IMG/VR virus record: IMGVR_UViG_3300013132_000081
Span: 1 to 46,769 of that record
Strand: one strand, 5' to 3'
Source of the DNA: a virus
Lineage: Duplodnaviria > Caudoviricetes
Length of the DNA: 46,769 nucleotides
Part shown: positions 17,507-27,816 of the stretch, piece after piece
Position numbering within the stretch: position 1 is the first letter of the stretch
Layout: every line of letters begins with the position of its first letter
Translations under genes and position numbers: made by a program
The notes under the pieces: model-generated
Told to the model about the DNA's origin: nothing
The model's input: only the letters and a program-made list of their open reading frames with translations
The model's database searches: none

Positions 17507-17965
17507 ATGGCTCGCTTCTTCCGCCGGGGAGTCTCGAAGGTCAAGTTCCTCCCCGCCGTCGCCGGCACCAGCCCCACCAGGGCAGAGATCACGGCCGGCA
17601 CCGACCTGTCGCCCGCGATCGCCGGCATCAACGGGTTCTCGCTCAACAACAGCCCGATCACCACGCCGGACCTCGCCACGAACTTCGACTCGCAGATCGA
17701 CGGCCCCGACGCGGCCGGCGACTCGAGCCTGAACTTCTACGACGACGACGCGACCACGACCATGCGCACCGCGGTCGCCAAGGGCACGGCGGGCTTCATC
17801 GTCCTCTTCCCCTACGGCGACGTCTCCGGCAAGCGCTGCGAGAAGTGGCCGGTCAAGTCGACCGGGGTCAACGACGAGTGGGGCCTCGACGCCACCGCCG
17901 CGCAGTTCCAGGTCGGCTTCGCCGTCACCGGCAAGCCCGAGCAGAACGCGGTCACGCCGGCCTGA
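17507..17965 (+). CDS. Major tail (tube) protein
   Basis: PTRAEITAGTDLS motif typical of actinophage major tail proteins; precedes the chaperones. Confidence 0.88.
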   Translation: MARFFRRGVSKVKFLPAVAGTSPTRAEITAGTDLSPAIAGINGFSLNNSPITTPDLATNFDSQIDGPDAAGDSSLNFYDDDATTTMRTAVAKGTAGFIVLFPYGDVSGKRCEKWPVKSTGVNDEWGLDATAAQFQVGFAVTGKPEQNAVTPA

Positions 17966-18038
17966 CCCGCGCCGCATGATTAGAGCCTCGACCCTCACGG
18001 GCCGGGGCTCTACTCATTTCACCAGGGAGGAACTGGTC

Positions 18039-18524
18039 GTGGCACTGAAGGACGCGCTCAAGCGGAAGAAGCCCATCTCGGAGGAGTACTTCGTCCCCGA
18101 GGACGAGGCGCAGGCCGCCAAGCTGCAGGCGGCCGAGCAGAAGCTGGCCCTGGCCCGCTTCGCCGGCGAGGACGAGGACGTGGCCAAGGCCGAGGAGAAG
18201 CTGGAGGCCGTGCGGGCCGAGGTCCGCGAGACCGGCGTCTCCTTCCTCGTCACCTCCGTCGGGCGCAGGCGCTTCGACGAGCTCATCCTCGAGAACCCGC
18301 CCACCGCGGACCAGAAGGCCGACCCCGACTTCGAGGGCACCTTCGACCCGGCGACCTTCTGGCCCGCCATCCTGGCTGAGTCCGTCGAGGGCGGCCTCAC
18401 CCCGGAGGAGTGGACCTCCGACTTCCTCGACGCGCCCAACTGGGGCAGCGCCGAGGTCAAGGCCCTGAAGGACGTCGTCTTCCAGGTCCACACGACCACG
18501 AGGGTCGCTGAGCTGGGAAACTGA
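18039..18524 (+). CDS. Tail assembly chaperone (G-like)
   Basis: AGGGAGG RBS, GTG start; ends at a slippery heptamer. Confidence 0.85.
   Translation: MALKDALKRKKPISEEYFVPEDEAQAAKLQAAEQKLALARFAGEDEDVAKAEEKLEAVRAEVRETGVSFLVTSVGRRRFDELILENPPTADQKADPDFEGTFDPATFWPAILAESVEGGLTPEEWTSDFLDAPNWGSAEVKALKDVVFQVHTTTRVAELGN
18515..18521 (+). other. Programmed -1 frameshift site G GGA AAC
   Basis: X XXY YYZ heptamer immediately before the TGA; the -1 frame stays open to 18859. Confidence 0.85.
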
Positions 18525-18859
18525 TCTGGGGGGACGCGAGGCTCCACGTGGAGCTGGCGTACTGCGTCCCCCTGGGCATCCCCCACTCGGAGTTCCTGTC
18601 CTGGGACGTCGTCGACCAGGACAAGGCCCTGGCGTGGCAGCGCGAGCAGGCGAAGGTGTGCCGCGGTTGCGGAACCCGCAAGGAAGAATGGGACCGCGAC
18701 AAGTTCGCCTACGTGGGTGAGATCGAGTGCTGCCCCGGGTGCGAGCTTCTCGAGCAGGAGAAGGAGCACATGAAGGACCAGGAGGAGCGCGGAGCCCGCG
18801 GCCTCTCGGCCCGCCTGGTGCCCCGGGCCCTGGCCAAGGAACCAGACGACGAAGGGTAG
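18515..18859 (+). CDS. Tail assembly chaperone frameshift extension (T-like)
   Basis: -1 frame GKLIWGDARLHVELAYC...DQDKALAW..CxxC..CxxC; no clear RBS of its own. Confidence 0.8.
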   Translation, partial: GKLIWGDARLHVELAYCVPLGIPHSEFLSWDVVDQDKALAWQREQAKVCRGCGTRKEEWDRDKFAYVGEIECCPGCELLEQEKEHMKDQEERGARGLSARLVPRALAKEPDDEG

Positions 18860-18865
18860 CTGAGC

Positions 18866-21800
18866 ATGCTGGGTGGAGCCGGAGCCGGTGGCTTCAAGAA
18901 CATCCAGGTGCTGCTGTCTGCCAACAACTCGAACCTGAAGAGCGTCCTGGCCCAGTCGGCCACGTCGGTCGACATGTTCCAGAAGAAGGTCGACCAGTCC
19001 AACAAGGGCCTGGCGACCAAGAGCAACGCCCTGAAGGTCGGCCTCGCCGGCGGCGCCATGGCCGCCGGCGCCGGCCTGATGTACGCCGCGGCGCAGGCGG
19101 CCGAGTTCGACAAGGCCATGCGCAACGTCAACTCGCTGGCCGGCCTCAGCGAGACCGCCCTGGGGCAGCTCCAGGACCGGGTCATCGGGATGAGCACCAG
19201 GCTCCCGCAGTCGGCGGTCCTCCTGGCCGAGGGCCTGTACGACATCACCTCGTCGGGCTTCTCCGGCGCCGACGCGATGAAGGTCCTCGAGGCCGCCGCG
19301 CTCTCCGCCTCCGCCGGCCTGACCACGACGGAGATATCGGCCAAGGCCATTGCGGCCGTGCTCAACGCGTACGGCCTCCAGGCCGGCGACGCGGCGGACG
19401 TCTCCGACGTTCTCTTCCAGACCGTGAACGCGGGAGTCATCTCCTTCGAGGAGCTGGCCGGCGGGCTCGGCAACGTGGTCGGCGGAACCGCGGCGGCCAA
19501 GGTCGGCATCGACCAGGTCGGCTCCGCGATCGCCACCATGACCCTGGCCGGCATCGGGGGCGCCGAGGCGACCACCTCGCTCAACGCCCTGATGCAGAAG
19601 ATCGTCCAGCCCTCCAAGGCCTTCGCCCAGCTCCTGGGCGAGATGGGCTACGAGTCCGGTGCCGCCGCCCTGGAGGCCGACGGCCTGCGCGGTGTCATGG
19701 ACAAGGTCCGCGAGGCGACCGGCGGAAACATCACCACGATGCTCCAGCTGTTCCCGGAGATCCGCGCCGCCAGGGGCGCGCTCGCGCTCATGGCGAACGA
19801 GGGAAAGAACTACACCCGGGTCGCCGAGCAGATCGAGGACAAGACCGGCCGCGCCGGCGCCACCCAGTCCGTCTTCAACGAGCAGATGAAGGCGGCCAGC
19901 AACCAGCTGACCCTGTTCAAGAACCAGGTCGACGCGGCGGCCATCGAGGTCGGCACCGCGCTCCTGCCCTACCTGCTCGAGGGCATGGACCTGATGCGGC
20001 AGTTCGGCGGGGCGGTCAAGGACGGCGCCTCCGAGCTCAGCGACGTCTTCGGCCCCGGGCTGGAGGACCTCGGCCGCATCCTCGGCGACCTGTGGGACAT
20101 CTTCGGCGACCTGGGCATGGCCATCTGGGACGTGGTCGAGCCGCTGGCCAAGCTCGGCGTCGGCGCCGTCGCCGTGGGCTTCAACGCCCTGATGGCCGTC
20201 CTCGAGCCGATGACCGACCTGCTGGCCGAGAACGAGGGCCTGGTCATCGTCCTGGCCACCGCCCTGGGCGTCGCCCTCGCCGGCGGCGCGGCCCGGGCCG
20301 CGACCCAGCTCGGCTACCTGGCCGTCCTCGGGCTCGTCCAGGCGATCAGTGGGCTCATGGCCCTGCAGAGCGCCGCCACCCGCGCCGCGGCCGCCCTGGT
20401 GGCCATGGCGCCGGGCCTCGCCCTGGTGGCCGCGATCGGCTCCGTCGTCGTCGCCTGGCAGTCCTACACCAAGGCCGCGGACGCGGTCGACGAGGCCAAC
20501 AAGGCGGTCCAGAAGTCCTTCGCCGACTTCGACCTGGCCGCGGCCGCCCGGGAGACCGAGCGGCTCGTCGCCCTGGAGGACGAGCTGGTCTCCCGCCGGG
20601 AGGACCAGGCCAAGCTGACCGGGCCGGTGGACTTCTTCGACGACTGGCTGCGGTTCGACAAGAACTTCCGCCAGACCGCCCTCCTGGACGGCGAGGTCGA
20701 GCTGAAGGCCGAGGAGGCCAAGAACCAGCTGGACAACATGCGCGGCGCCGCCATGCAGCTGTGGGCCGCGATGGAGGACCCCTCCCAGAAGCAGATGACC
20801 CAGTTCATGGAGGACATGTCCGGGGCCAACGGAATCGAGGAGCAGGTCGAGGCCTTCGAGCAGCTGGACTCGATCGTCTCCAAGTTCGGGCCGAAGCTCA
20901 AGGACCTCGGGGTCGACCTCTCCGACGGCATCGACGCGTCCGAGTGGAAGATCATCAACGACGTGCTCTCCGACCTGGACGGCAACGCGGTCAGCGCGGC
21001 CGACGCCCAGGCGAACCTGGTCGACAAGCTCGGCGAGGTCGAGACCGCCATGGGCAACACCGAGGAGGCGGCGGACAACCTCAGCGACGCCCTCGACGCC
21101 CTCATGGGCGCCGCCATGGGCGCGGACGAGGCGGGCATCAAGTGGCGCGCCGGCCTGGCCGACCTCCGCAAGACCCTCATCGAGAACGAGGGCGCCCTCC
21201 TGGGCAACTCCGCCGCGGCGGGAGAGAACAGGCTCGCCGTCCAGGACCAGGTCGAGCTCCTGCAGGACCAGCTGGTCGCGATGGCCCGGAACGGCGCCGG
21301 CGCCGACAAGCTCAGCAAGACCCTGCTCAACGGGCGCGACGCGCTCATCGCCCAGGGCGTCGCGGCCAAGATCCCCAAGAAGGAGATGGAGGCGCTCCTC
21401 AACCAGTACAGGCTCACGCCCGAGCTGGTCGAGACCCTCATCCGCGAGCACGGCGGCAAGGACGTCAAGAAGCTCCTCAAGGACGTCAAGGAGGAGGCCA
21501 GCGCCCTCGAGGGCCTGCACCCGACCATCCGGGTCATCGCCCACAACGAGGACGCGCTGAAGGCGTTCATCGAGACGGAGAAGCAGAAGAAGCTCCTCGG
21601 CCTGCCGGTGAACACCGAGCTGCTGGCCGACGCGCGCCAGGCCCTGAAGGCCCTGCGCGACACCAAGAAGGCCGCCGAGGACGTCGACTCCCAGAGCCCG
21701 ACCGTGGACACCTCGGCGCCCGGCGCAGCGGCCACCGCCGCCCAGCTCTGGGACGCGTACGCCGCGGCCCAGAACCTCGACGGCAAGTCCGCCACCGTGA

Positions 21801-23626
21801 CGACCTACTTCAAGCGGGTCAACATCGGCGGCCCCCAGCCGGCGGCGGACGGCGGCGTGTTCACGCCCCTGCCCTCGCAGGCGAAGATCCAGGCCCCCAT
21901 GGGCCAGGGCCTGTACCAGTGGGCCGAGGCCGAGACGGGCGGGGAGGCGTTCATCCCGCTCGCCGAGGCCAAGCGCGGCCGCTCCACCCAGATCCTCGGC
22001 CAGGTCGCCGAGGAGTTCGGCTACGCCCTGACCAAGATGGCCAACGGCGGCAAGAAGGGCGGCAAGGGGAAGGGCAAGGGCAACCACGGCTCCTTCGCCG
22101 CACCCGCCAGCCCAGCGGGCAACGCCGACGAGCGCCTCGCGGTCCTCCAGGCCGAGCAGCGGGTCAAGGACCTCCAGCGCGACCTCGCCAAGTCCGGCAA
22201 GGGCGCTCTCAAGGGCCGCCAGCGCCAGCTCGCGCAGGCCGAGCTCGCCGCGGCCAGGGTGGCGCTCCGCCGCGCCCAGGACGCGGTTGGCCAGGCCAAG
22301 CGCGACCGCGCGGACGCCCGCGAGGACGCCCAGCGCCAGAGGGACGAGGAGGAGGCAGCCGCCGCCGAGGAGCGCGCGCGGGCCGAGCAGGAGGCCCGCG
22401 AGAACGCCTGGCGGGTCGAGCAGACCGGCCGGGAGACCGCGCGCCTGCAGGGCGTCGCCTCGGGCCAGTCCGGCGCCGGCCGCTTCGTCGCGACCCGGGA
22501 CGCCGGCTCCAGCCTCAGCGCGTACACGCAGGCCATGCAGGCCCAGGCCCAGGCCCAGGCCGAGCTCGCGGCACAGGCCAGCGAGAACCCGTTCGACTCC
22601 GCGGAGGACTTCTACAAGGAGCCGACCCTCAGCCTGCGCGACTACGGCGCCGCGCTCAAGGCGACGATGGACGTCTCCAAGGAGTGGGGCCGCGACGTCA
22701 CCGCCGTGGCCGAGGGCACCGGCCACGACGTGGTCGCCGCGCTCCAGGGCATGGGCGAGGAGGGCCAGGCGATCATCGAGAAGCTGGCCGACGCCTCGGT
22801 CGAGGAGATGCGGGCCATGGCCCAGCAGATCCGGGCCATCCAGTTCGAGGCCTTCAGCCAGGACCTCGCCCAGGACGTGGGCGCCCAGCAGCAGTTCCAG
22901 GCCAACCTGATGACCCTCGTCGGGATGGGCCGCGCGGACCTCGCCGCCCAGTTCCAGGAGATGGGCTACAAGGAGGCGGGCGGGCTCGCCGCGCACGCCG
23001 TCACCCTCTCGCCGGCCGAGCTCGCGGCTCTGGCCGGGCAGATGGACCTGCAGGACAAGCTCGGCGACCCCAGGATGGCCGAGGCGATCAAGCTGGCCGG
23101 GGCCCTCCAGAGCTCCCCGCGCCCGCTCGGGCTGGTTGGGCTGAGCCAGGCCACCGGAACGTCCCTGGCGGACGTCGTGGGCCTCCTGGAGACGTACAGG
23201 GGCCAGGTCTTCAGCAAGCTCCCGCCCGCCGCCCTGTCCCAGATCCTCGCCGACCAGCAGCTCGTCGCCGGCGGCGGCCAGCCGTCGGGCCTGGAGCACG
23301 GCGGCATCGTCACCGGGTCGAAGGCGTCCAGGGGCCTCTACTACCGCTGGGCCGAGCCGGGCTCCGGCGGCGAGTCGCTCATCCCGCACGCCCCCGACAG
23401 GCGCGCCCGGGCCCTCGAGCTCTGGGAGGCGACTGGCCGGATCATCGGCGCCCGCGGCGGGGCCGGCGGCGGCACGATGGTCATCGTCGCGCCGGGCGCG
23501 GTGTCGGTGTCCGTGGACGCCGCCGGGCAGAACCTCTCCGCCGCCCAGCTCGAGACCATCGCGAACCGCGCGGCCGACTCCGCCATGGAGGGCCTGGCGC
23601 AGAAGATCAGGACGGGAGCCAGGTAG
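18866..23626 (+). CDS. Tape measure protein (TP901-type core)
   Basis: 1586 aa, Ala-rich helical; FDKAMRNV...A.GLY...SSG core; follows the chaperones. Confidence 0.95.
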   Translation: MLGGAGAGGFKNIQVLLSANNSNLKSVLAQSATSVDMFQKKVDQSNKGLATKSNALKVGLAGGAMAAGAGLMYAAAQAAEFDKAMRNVNSLAGLSETALGQLQDRVIGMSTRLPQSAVLLAEGLYDITSSGFSGADAMKVLEAAALSASAGLTTTEISAKAIAAVLNAYGLQAGDAADVSDVLFQTVNAGVISFEELAGGLGNVVGGTAAAKVGIDQVGSAIATMTLAGIGGAEATTSLNALMQKIVQPSKAFAQLLGEMGYESGAAALEADGLRGVMDKVREATGGNITTMLQLFPEIRAARGALALMANEGKNYTRVAEQIEDKTGRAGATQSVFNEQMKAASNQLTLFKNQVDAAAIEVGTALLPYLLEGMDLMRQFGGAVKDGASELSDVFGPGLEDLGRILGDLWDIFGDLGMAIWDVVEPLAKLGVGAVAVGFNALMAVLEPMTDLLAENEGLVIVLATALGVALAGGAARAATQLGYLAVLGLVQAISGLMALQSAATRAAAALVAMAPGLALVAAIGSVVVAWQSYTKAADAVDEANKAVQKSFADFDLAAAARETERLVALEDELVSRREDQAKLTGPVDFFDDWLRFDKNFRQTALLDGEVELKAEEAKNQLDNMRGAAMQLWAAMEDPSQKQMTQFMEDMSGANGIEEQVEAFEQLDSIVSKFGPKLKDLGVDLSDGIDASEWKIINDVLSDLDGNAVSAADAQANLVDKLGEVETAMGNTEEAADNLSDALDALMGAAMGADEAGIKWRAGLADLRKTLIENEGALLGNSAAAGENRLAVQDQVELLQDQLVAMARNGAGADKLSKTLLNGRDALIAQGVAAKIPKKEMEALLNQYRLTPELVETLIREHGGKDVKKLLKDVKEEASALEGLHPTIRVIAHNEDALKAFIETEKQKKLLGLPVNTELLADARQALKALRDTKKAAEDVDSQSPTVDTSAPGAAATAAQLWDAYAAAQNLDGKSATVTTYFKRVNIGGPQPAADGGVFTPLPSQAKIQAPMGQGLYQWAEAETGGEAFIPLAEAKRGRSTQILGQVAEEFGYALTKMANGGKKGGKGKGKGNHGSFAAPASPAGNADERLAVLQAEQRVKDLQRDLAKSGKGALKGRQRQLAQAELAAARVALRRAQDAVGQAKRDRADAREDAQRQRDEEEAAAAEERARAEQEARENAWRVEQTGRETARLQGVASGQSGAGRFVATRDAGSSLSAYTQAMQAQAQAQAELAAQASENPFDSAEDFYKEPTLSLRDYGAALKATMDVSKEWGRDVTAVAEGTGHDVVAALQGMGEEGQAIIEKLADASVEEMRAMAQQIRAIQFEAFSQDLAQDVGAQQQFQANLMTLVGMGRADLAAQFQEMGYKEAGGLAAHAVTLSPAELAALAGQMDLQDKLGDPRMAEAIKLAGALQSSPRPLGLVGLSQATGTSLADVVGLLETYRGQVFSKLPPAALSQILADQQLVAGGGQPSGLEHGGIVTGSKASRGLYYRWAEPGSGGESLIPHAPDRRARALELWEATGRIIGARGGAGGGTMVIVAPGAVSVSVDAAGQNLSAAQLETIANRAADSAMEGLAQKIRTGAR

Positions 23627-25383
23627 TGGTCCAGGTCACCACCCTCACGCCCACGGCGGTCACCGCCCCGGGCTGGGACAACATCGGGGGCGCGGCCTCG
23701 CAGCTGGCCGCGATCACCGACAGCAGCGACGCCACCTACCTGCGACTGCTCCCGTCGCAGGCGAGCAGCACCATCGAGGTCACCCTGCCCGCGGCCACCC
23801 TGCAGGACGGCGCGGGCATCGAGTCGGTGGAGGCCGAGTTCAGGTGCGCCGCCGACACCGTGGGCCAACCGGCAGACTACCTGGCGGGCAAGGCCTTCTA
23901 CGCTGCGGCGCCGGACGTCTTCGCGTCGAACGGGTCGCTGATCCCCATGATGAGCACCACCCCGCAGACGCAGGTCGACGCCTCCGGCATCTACAACCCG
24001 GCCGAGGGTGCGGGCCCGTCCGCGGCGGCCGTCGCGGCCGGCCTGAAGATGACCGTCACCGGCTACCCGACTCCGCGGGAGAACGGGATCTTAGTCCACA
24101 AGGTGCTGGCCAGGGTGAAGTGGAGCCAGGCCCCGACGCCGTCCGCGATCGCGCCGGCCGCGGGCCAGGTGACGGCCACCACCCGCCCCCGGTTCGAGTG
24201 GACCACCACCAGCCCCGACGGCAAGGCCACGACCGAGGTACTGGTCGCCGTGTGGGCCCTGGCCGACGTGCAGGCGTACCCGGGCGGCCAGGCGGCCTTC
24301 GAGGCCTCCATGGACACCCCCTTCGCCGACGCCGCCGGCCAGGGCCGGCCATCCTACAGCTCGGGCGGGGTGAAGACCGCGAAGGCGTGGTCCACGACCG
24401 TCTCCGGCCCGTTCGGCTGGCAGGCCGTGGCCCAGCCACAGGCCGGGGCCAAGTACGCCTGGACCCCGAACCAGGACCTGCCCTTCACCGGCACCCACGT
24501 GGTCTACCTCCGCGCCGCCGGGCAGCTCGGCGGCCAGCAGCTGAAGCGGACCGCGGTGGCCGGTCGGACCTCGGCCAGCTTCACCATGAACGTGGGAGCT
24601 CCGCCCGTCGCCCCCACCTCCGTCGCCGCCGCCTGGCAGTACCCGGGCGCGGCGCTGGCCGGCAACCGAAACGAGCTCTACCGAATGAAGGTCGACGTGG
24701 TCGTGCCGACCCAGACGATGACCGGCTGGGACAAGGCCGTCCTGCAGGTGGAGCACGCCCCGCAGGGGTCGACTGACTGGCAGATCCTCCCGGTCGGCAC
24801 GGTCACCCCGGCGCAGGCGGCGGGCACCTACACCGTCTACGACACCCTGGCCGTCCCGGGCAGGGCGATGCAGTACCGGGCCCGGGTGGTCCTGTCGAGG
24901 TCCTCCGACGGGGCCGCCGCCGCGTCCGCCTACGCGACCGCCGGCTCCACCGTCACTGCGGTGTTTGACTGCTTCGTCCTGCGGGACCCGGCGTCCGTCG
25001 ACCTGGCCGTCCCGCTCCCGATCCAGGGGGACCTCGAGAGCAGCAGCGACGAGCGCCTCCAGGCGCACACGCCGCTGGGTGCCCCGTACCCGGTCACGGT
25101 GTCCGACGTGGTGGGAGCGGCCTCGTGGCCGATCACGGCGACCACCCGCTCCGCCGCGGCCGCCTCGCTCATCAGGGCCATCCGCGCCCGACGGGCCACC
25201 CTGGTCCTGCAGGGCGACATGGACGGCTGGTGGCGCTGGGTACGGTTCGGCCCGCAGGTGCAGGAGAGGATCCTCAGGTCGGCGTCCCGCAAGGCCGCCG
25301 CCACCCGCGCCACGCAGTTCACCTTCCAGCTGGACGAGGTGGCGCCGGCGTACAACCAGCCGCCGTCCACCTGGGGGGCCTGA
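23626..25383 (+). CDS. Minor tail protein (distal tail-like with Ig/FN3-like domains)
   Basis: GTG overlaps the TMP stop; Thr/Ala beta-rich; TTRPRFEW, APTSV, QYRAR segments. Confidence 0.8.
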   Translation: MVQVTTLTPTAVTAPGWDNIGGAASQLAAITDSSDATYLRLLPSQASSTIEVTLPAATLQDGAGIESVEAEFRCAADTVGQPADYLAGKAFYAAAPDVFASNGSLIPMMSTTPQTQVDASGIYNPAEGAGPSAAAVAAGLKMTVTGYPTPRENGILVHKVLARVKWSQAPTPSAIAPAAGQVTATTRPRFEWTTTSPDGKATTEVLVAVWALADVQAYPGGQAAFEASMDTPFADAAGQGRPSYSSGGVKTAKAWSTTVSGPFGWQAVAQPQAGAKYAWTPNQDLPFTGTHVVYLRAAGQLGGQQLKRTAVAGRTSASFTMNVGAPPVAPTSVAAAWQYPGAALAGNRNELYRMKVDVVVPTQTMTGWDKAVLQVEHAPQGSTDWQILPVGTVTPAQAAGTYTVYDTLAVPGRAMQYRARVVLSRSSDGAAAASAYATAGSTVTAVFDCFVLRDPASVDLAVPLPIQGDLESSSDERLQAHTPLGAPYPVTVSDVVGAASWPITATTRSAAAASLIRAIRARRATLVLQGDMDGWWRWVRFGPQVQERILRSASRKAAATRATQFTFQLDEVAPAYNQPPSTWGA

Positions 25384-25384
25384 G

Positions 25385-26524
25385 GTGCGCGCGGAGCCCC
25401 AAGGCCTGGACGCCAACGGCCTCCCGGTCCCGTTCCGCCAGGTCATCGGCCGACCGCACCGGGCCTACGCCTTCGCGGAGCTCACGGACCCGCAGGGGAA
25501 CGTCGCCACGCTGGCCATCACCGGCGGCTCCGTCAGCGTGAACCGCGGAGCCGCCGTGCGCCGGTCCTGCACGCTCTCCGTCTCGCCCGGCGAGGGCGGC
25601 TCGGCCATCCCGGCCGGGGCCCGCTCCCCGCTGGCACCCTTCGGGTCGACGGTGGCCCTCTGGTACGGGATCGACGTCCCGGGGGTACCGGGGACCAGCA
25701 AGTGGCCGCTGGGCGTGTTCAGGCTCAGCCAGGTGCCCGTCGAAGACCAGGGCTCGCCGACGCTGTCCCTGACGGCCTACGACTACTCGAGGACCGTCTC
25801 CAGGAACCGCCTGACGGCGCCCTGGATCGTCACCGCCGGCACCAACTACGGGGCCGCCATCGCCGGCCTGGTGTCCAACCGGCTCCCGGGCACGCGGGTG
25901 CGCCCGCACTCTGTGGCCGCCACGACGCCGCTCCTAGTGGTAGACCCGGAGGAGGACCCCTGGAAGGTGGTCACCGACTGGGCGACGAGCTGCGGGCAGG
26001 AGGTCTACTTCGACGCGGAGGGCTGGCTGGTCATCGCGCCGGAGCCCGACCCGGAGCAGGGGCTGCCGACCTGGACCTACACGGACGGCGCCGACTCGGT
26101 CATCGTCTCCGCCGGCAAGACCATGTCCGACGAGCCCGGCTACAATGGGGTGGTGCTCACCTCTGAGTCGACCACCCTGGCCACGCCCCTCCGCGCCGAG
26201 GTCTGGGACGCGGACCCGGCCAGCCCGACCTACCACCTCGGGGTCTATGGCAAGGTGCCCAAGTTCGTCTCCAGCCCGTACGTCGCTACCCAGGCGCAGG
26301 CGGACGCGGCGGCCCTGGCCGAGTACAGGCGCTCCGCCGGCGGGACCGAGCAGCTGTCCCTGACGATTGTCCCCAACCCCCTGCACCAGGTCGGCGACAT
26401 CATCAGGGTCGTGAGGCCGCTGTCCAAGATCGACCAGACCACCGTGGTGGATAGCATGACCGTGCCCCTCGGCCCAGGCTCCGGCGGGATGACCCTCGGC
26501 TGCCGCGCCAGGAGGACCCAGTGA
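25385..26524 (+). CDS. Minor tail protein (baseplate hub, DUF5047-like)
   Basis: GGSVSV....VRRSCTL, PLGVF, FDAEG, YNGVV, YGKVP, NP..QVGD motifs. Confidence 0.82.
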   Translation: MRAEPQGLDANGLPVPFRQVIGRPHRAYAFAELTDPQGNVATLAITGGSVSVNRGAAVRRSCTLSVSPGEGGSAIPAGARSPLAPFGSTVALWYGIDVPGVPGTSKWPLGVFRLSQVPVEDQGSPTLSLTAYDYSRTVSRNRLTAPWIVTAGTNYGAAIAGLVSNRLPGTRVRPHSVAATTPLLVVDPEEDPWKVVTDWATSCGQEVYFDAEGWLVIAPEPDPEQGLPTWTYTDGADSVIVSAGKTMSDEPGYNGVVLTSESTTLATPLRAEVWDADPASPTYHLGVYGKVPKFVSSPYVATQAQADAAALAEYRRSAGGTEQLSLTIVPNPLHQVGDIIRVVRPLSKIDQTTVVDSMTVPLGPGSGGMTLGCRARRTQ

Positions 26525-27243
26525 GCACCGGGCAGTGGGAGGCGGACCCGGGCTGGGAGGTTGACCCCGAGCGGGCGCTGTGGGCGGCGGGAAGGCCCGG
26601 CGGCCTGGGCGACGTGCTCCTGGCCGCGCTCAACCCAGACGGCAGCCGGCCGCTGGCCATGCGCCACGGCAAGGTCGTGTCCTTCTCCGCGACGACGTGG
26701 ACCGCCACCGTCACCGTCGGCGGGTCCTCGGTGCAGGTCCCCGGTGTCCCCCACCTCGAGGGCTATCAGCTGGCTGCGAACGACCCGGTCTGGCTGGTCA
26801 AGTACGGGCCTGGCTACATGGTCCTGGGCTCCCCGGCAGCAGCCTGGCGGGCCCCGTCAGGAATCCTGTCGCTGACCACCCTCGCCGCGAACAGCGCGAG
26901 CATCGGCGACGTCTACTGGGCGACGTCCTCCGCCGGCCTCGCGACCACGGACCGGCGGGTGCGCCTCGTCGCCGCCGGCCGGTTCCAACCGCCCGCCGCG
27001 GGGACTGGCATCTCGCTGCTGTTCGAGAGGTCCGTCGGAGGGGGCGCTTGGTCCACGGTGGGGTTCACCCCCGTGTTCATCGCCCCCACCGGGGGACTGC
27101 AGGGCTTCCACTACGAGTTCGTCGACACCCCGCCGGCGGGGTCCACGCAGTACCGTGTCCGGGCCGCCGCCGCCAACGCTAATGGGCAGGTCATCAGCAC
27201 GAACTCGCAGTTCGTCGTCGAGGACGTCGGCTCGGCCGCTTGA
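26521..27243 (+). CDS. Minor tail protein (spike-like N-terminus)
   Basis: GKVV...ATVTVGG..L.GY....DPVW.....MVLG; last gene of the tail cluster. Confidence 0.7.
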   Translation: MSTGQWEADPGWEVDPERALWAAGRPGGLGDVLLAALNPDGSRPLAMRHGKVVSFSATTWTATVTVGGSSVQVPGVPHLEGYQLAANDPVWLVKYGPGYMVLGSPAAAWRAPSGILSLTTLAANSASIGDVYWATSSAGLATTDRRVRLVAAGRFQPPAAGTGISLLFERSVGGGAWSTVGFTPVFIAPTGGLQGFHYEFVDTPPAGSTQYRVRAAAANANGQVISTNSQFVVEDVGSAA

Positions 27244-27291
27244 GCCAAAAAACGCGCACGGGCACGCGCGAGGGGGCGCACAATCGTCGCC

Positions 27292-27816
27292 ATGACGCAG
27301 TCTCGGACCGCCAGCCTGCTCCGGCGCATGTTCAAGCCCGCGGCCCGGTACCCGGCTGACCCCCGCGCGGTGTTCATCCTGGCCCTCTCGGTGTTCACCG
27401 GGTGCACGGCCCTGGCGCTGGGCGCGGCCCCGGAGAGCCTCGACTCCCTGCTGCCGCACTGGGTGGTCCTGGGCTGGGGCCTGCTCCTGACCGCCGGCTC
27501 GGCGATGACCCTGGCCGGGATGATGGTCCAGAGCGTCAACGGGATCGTGACCGAGCAGGTCGGCTCCGTCACAGTGGCGGCCACGACCATCTTCTACTCG
27601 GTGCTGGCCATCAAGGAGGTCGGACCCGACGCCCTGCAGAACGTGGGCATCATCCTCGCCTGGGGCGTGGCCTGCGGCATCAGGTGGGTCCAGCTCCAGG
27701 TCCTCATCAACGACGCCGTTGCCCGCGCGGAGAAGATCGCCTTCCTCACGGCGCTGGAGGCGAAGCTCGTCGCCAGGCTGGGCGACGGCCGCCCCCACTG
27801 GTGGGACGTCCACTGA
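27292..27816 (+). CDS. Membrane protein with about 4 TM segments (lysis cassette)
   Basis: Four hydrophobic stretches; leaderless start after CACAAT. Confidence 0.75.
   Translation: MTQSRTASLLRRMFKPAARYPADPRAVFILALSVFTGCTALALGAAPESLDSLLPHWVVLGWGLLLTAGSAMTLAGMMVQSVNGIVTEQVGSVTVAATTIFYSVLAIKEVGPDALQNVGIILAWGVACGIRWVQLQVLINDAVARAEKIAFLTALEAKLVARLGDGRPHWWDVH

Noticed and set aside
18014-23389. Very long antisense ORFs (1791 aa here; also 5436..8645, 7517..10864, 34049..35767, 40204..42171, 42889..45159)
   Set aside because: Shadows of high-GC codon usage opposite well-supported genes; no motifs or RBS.
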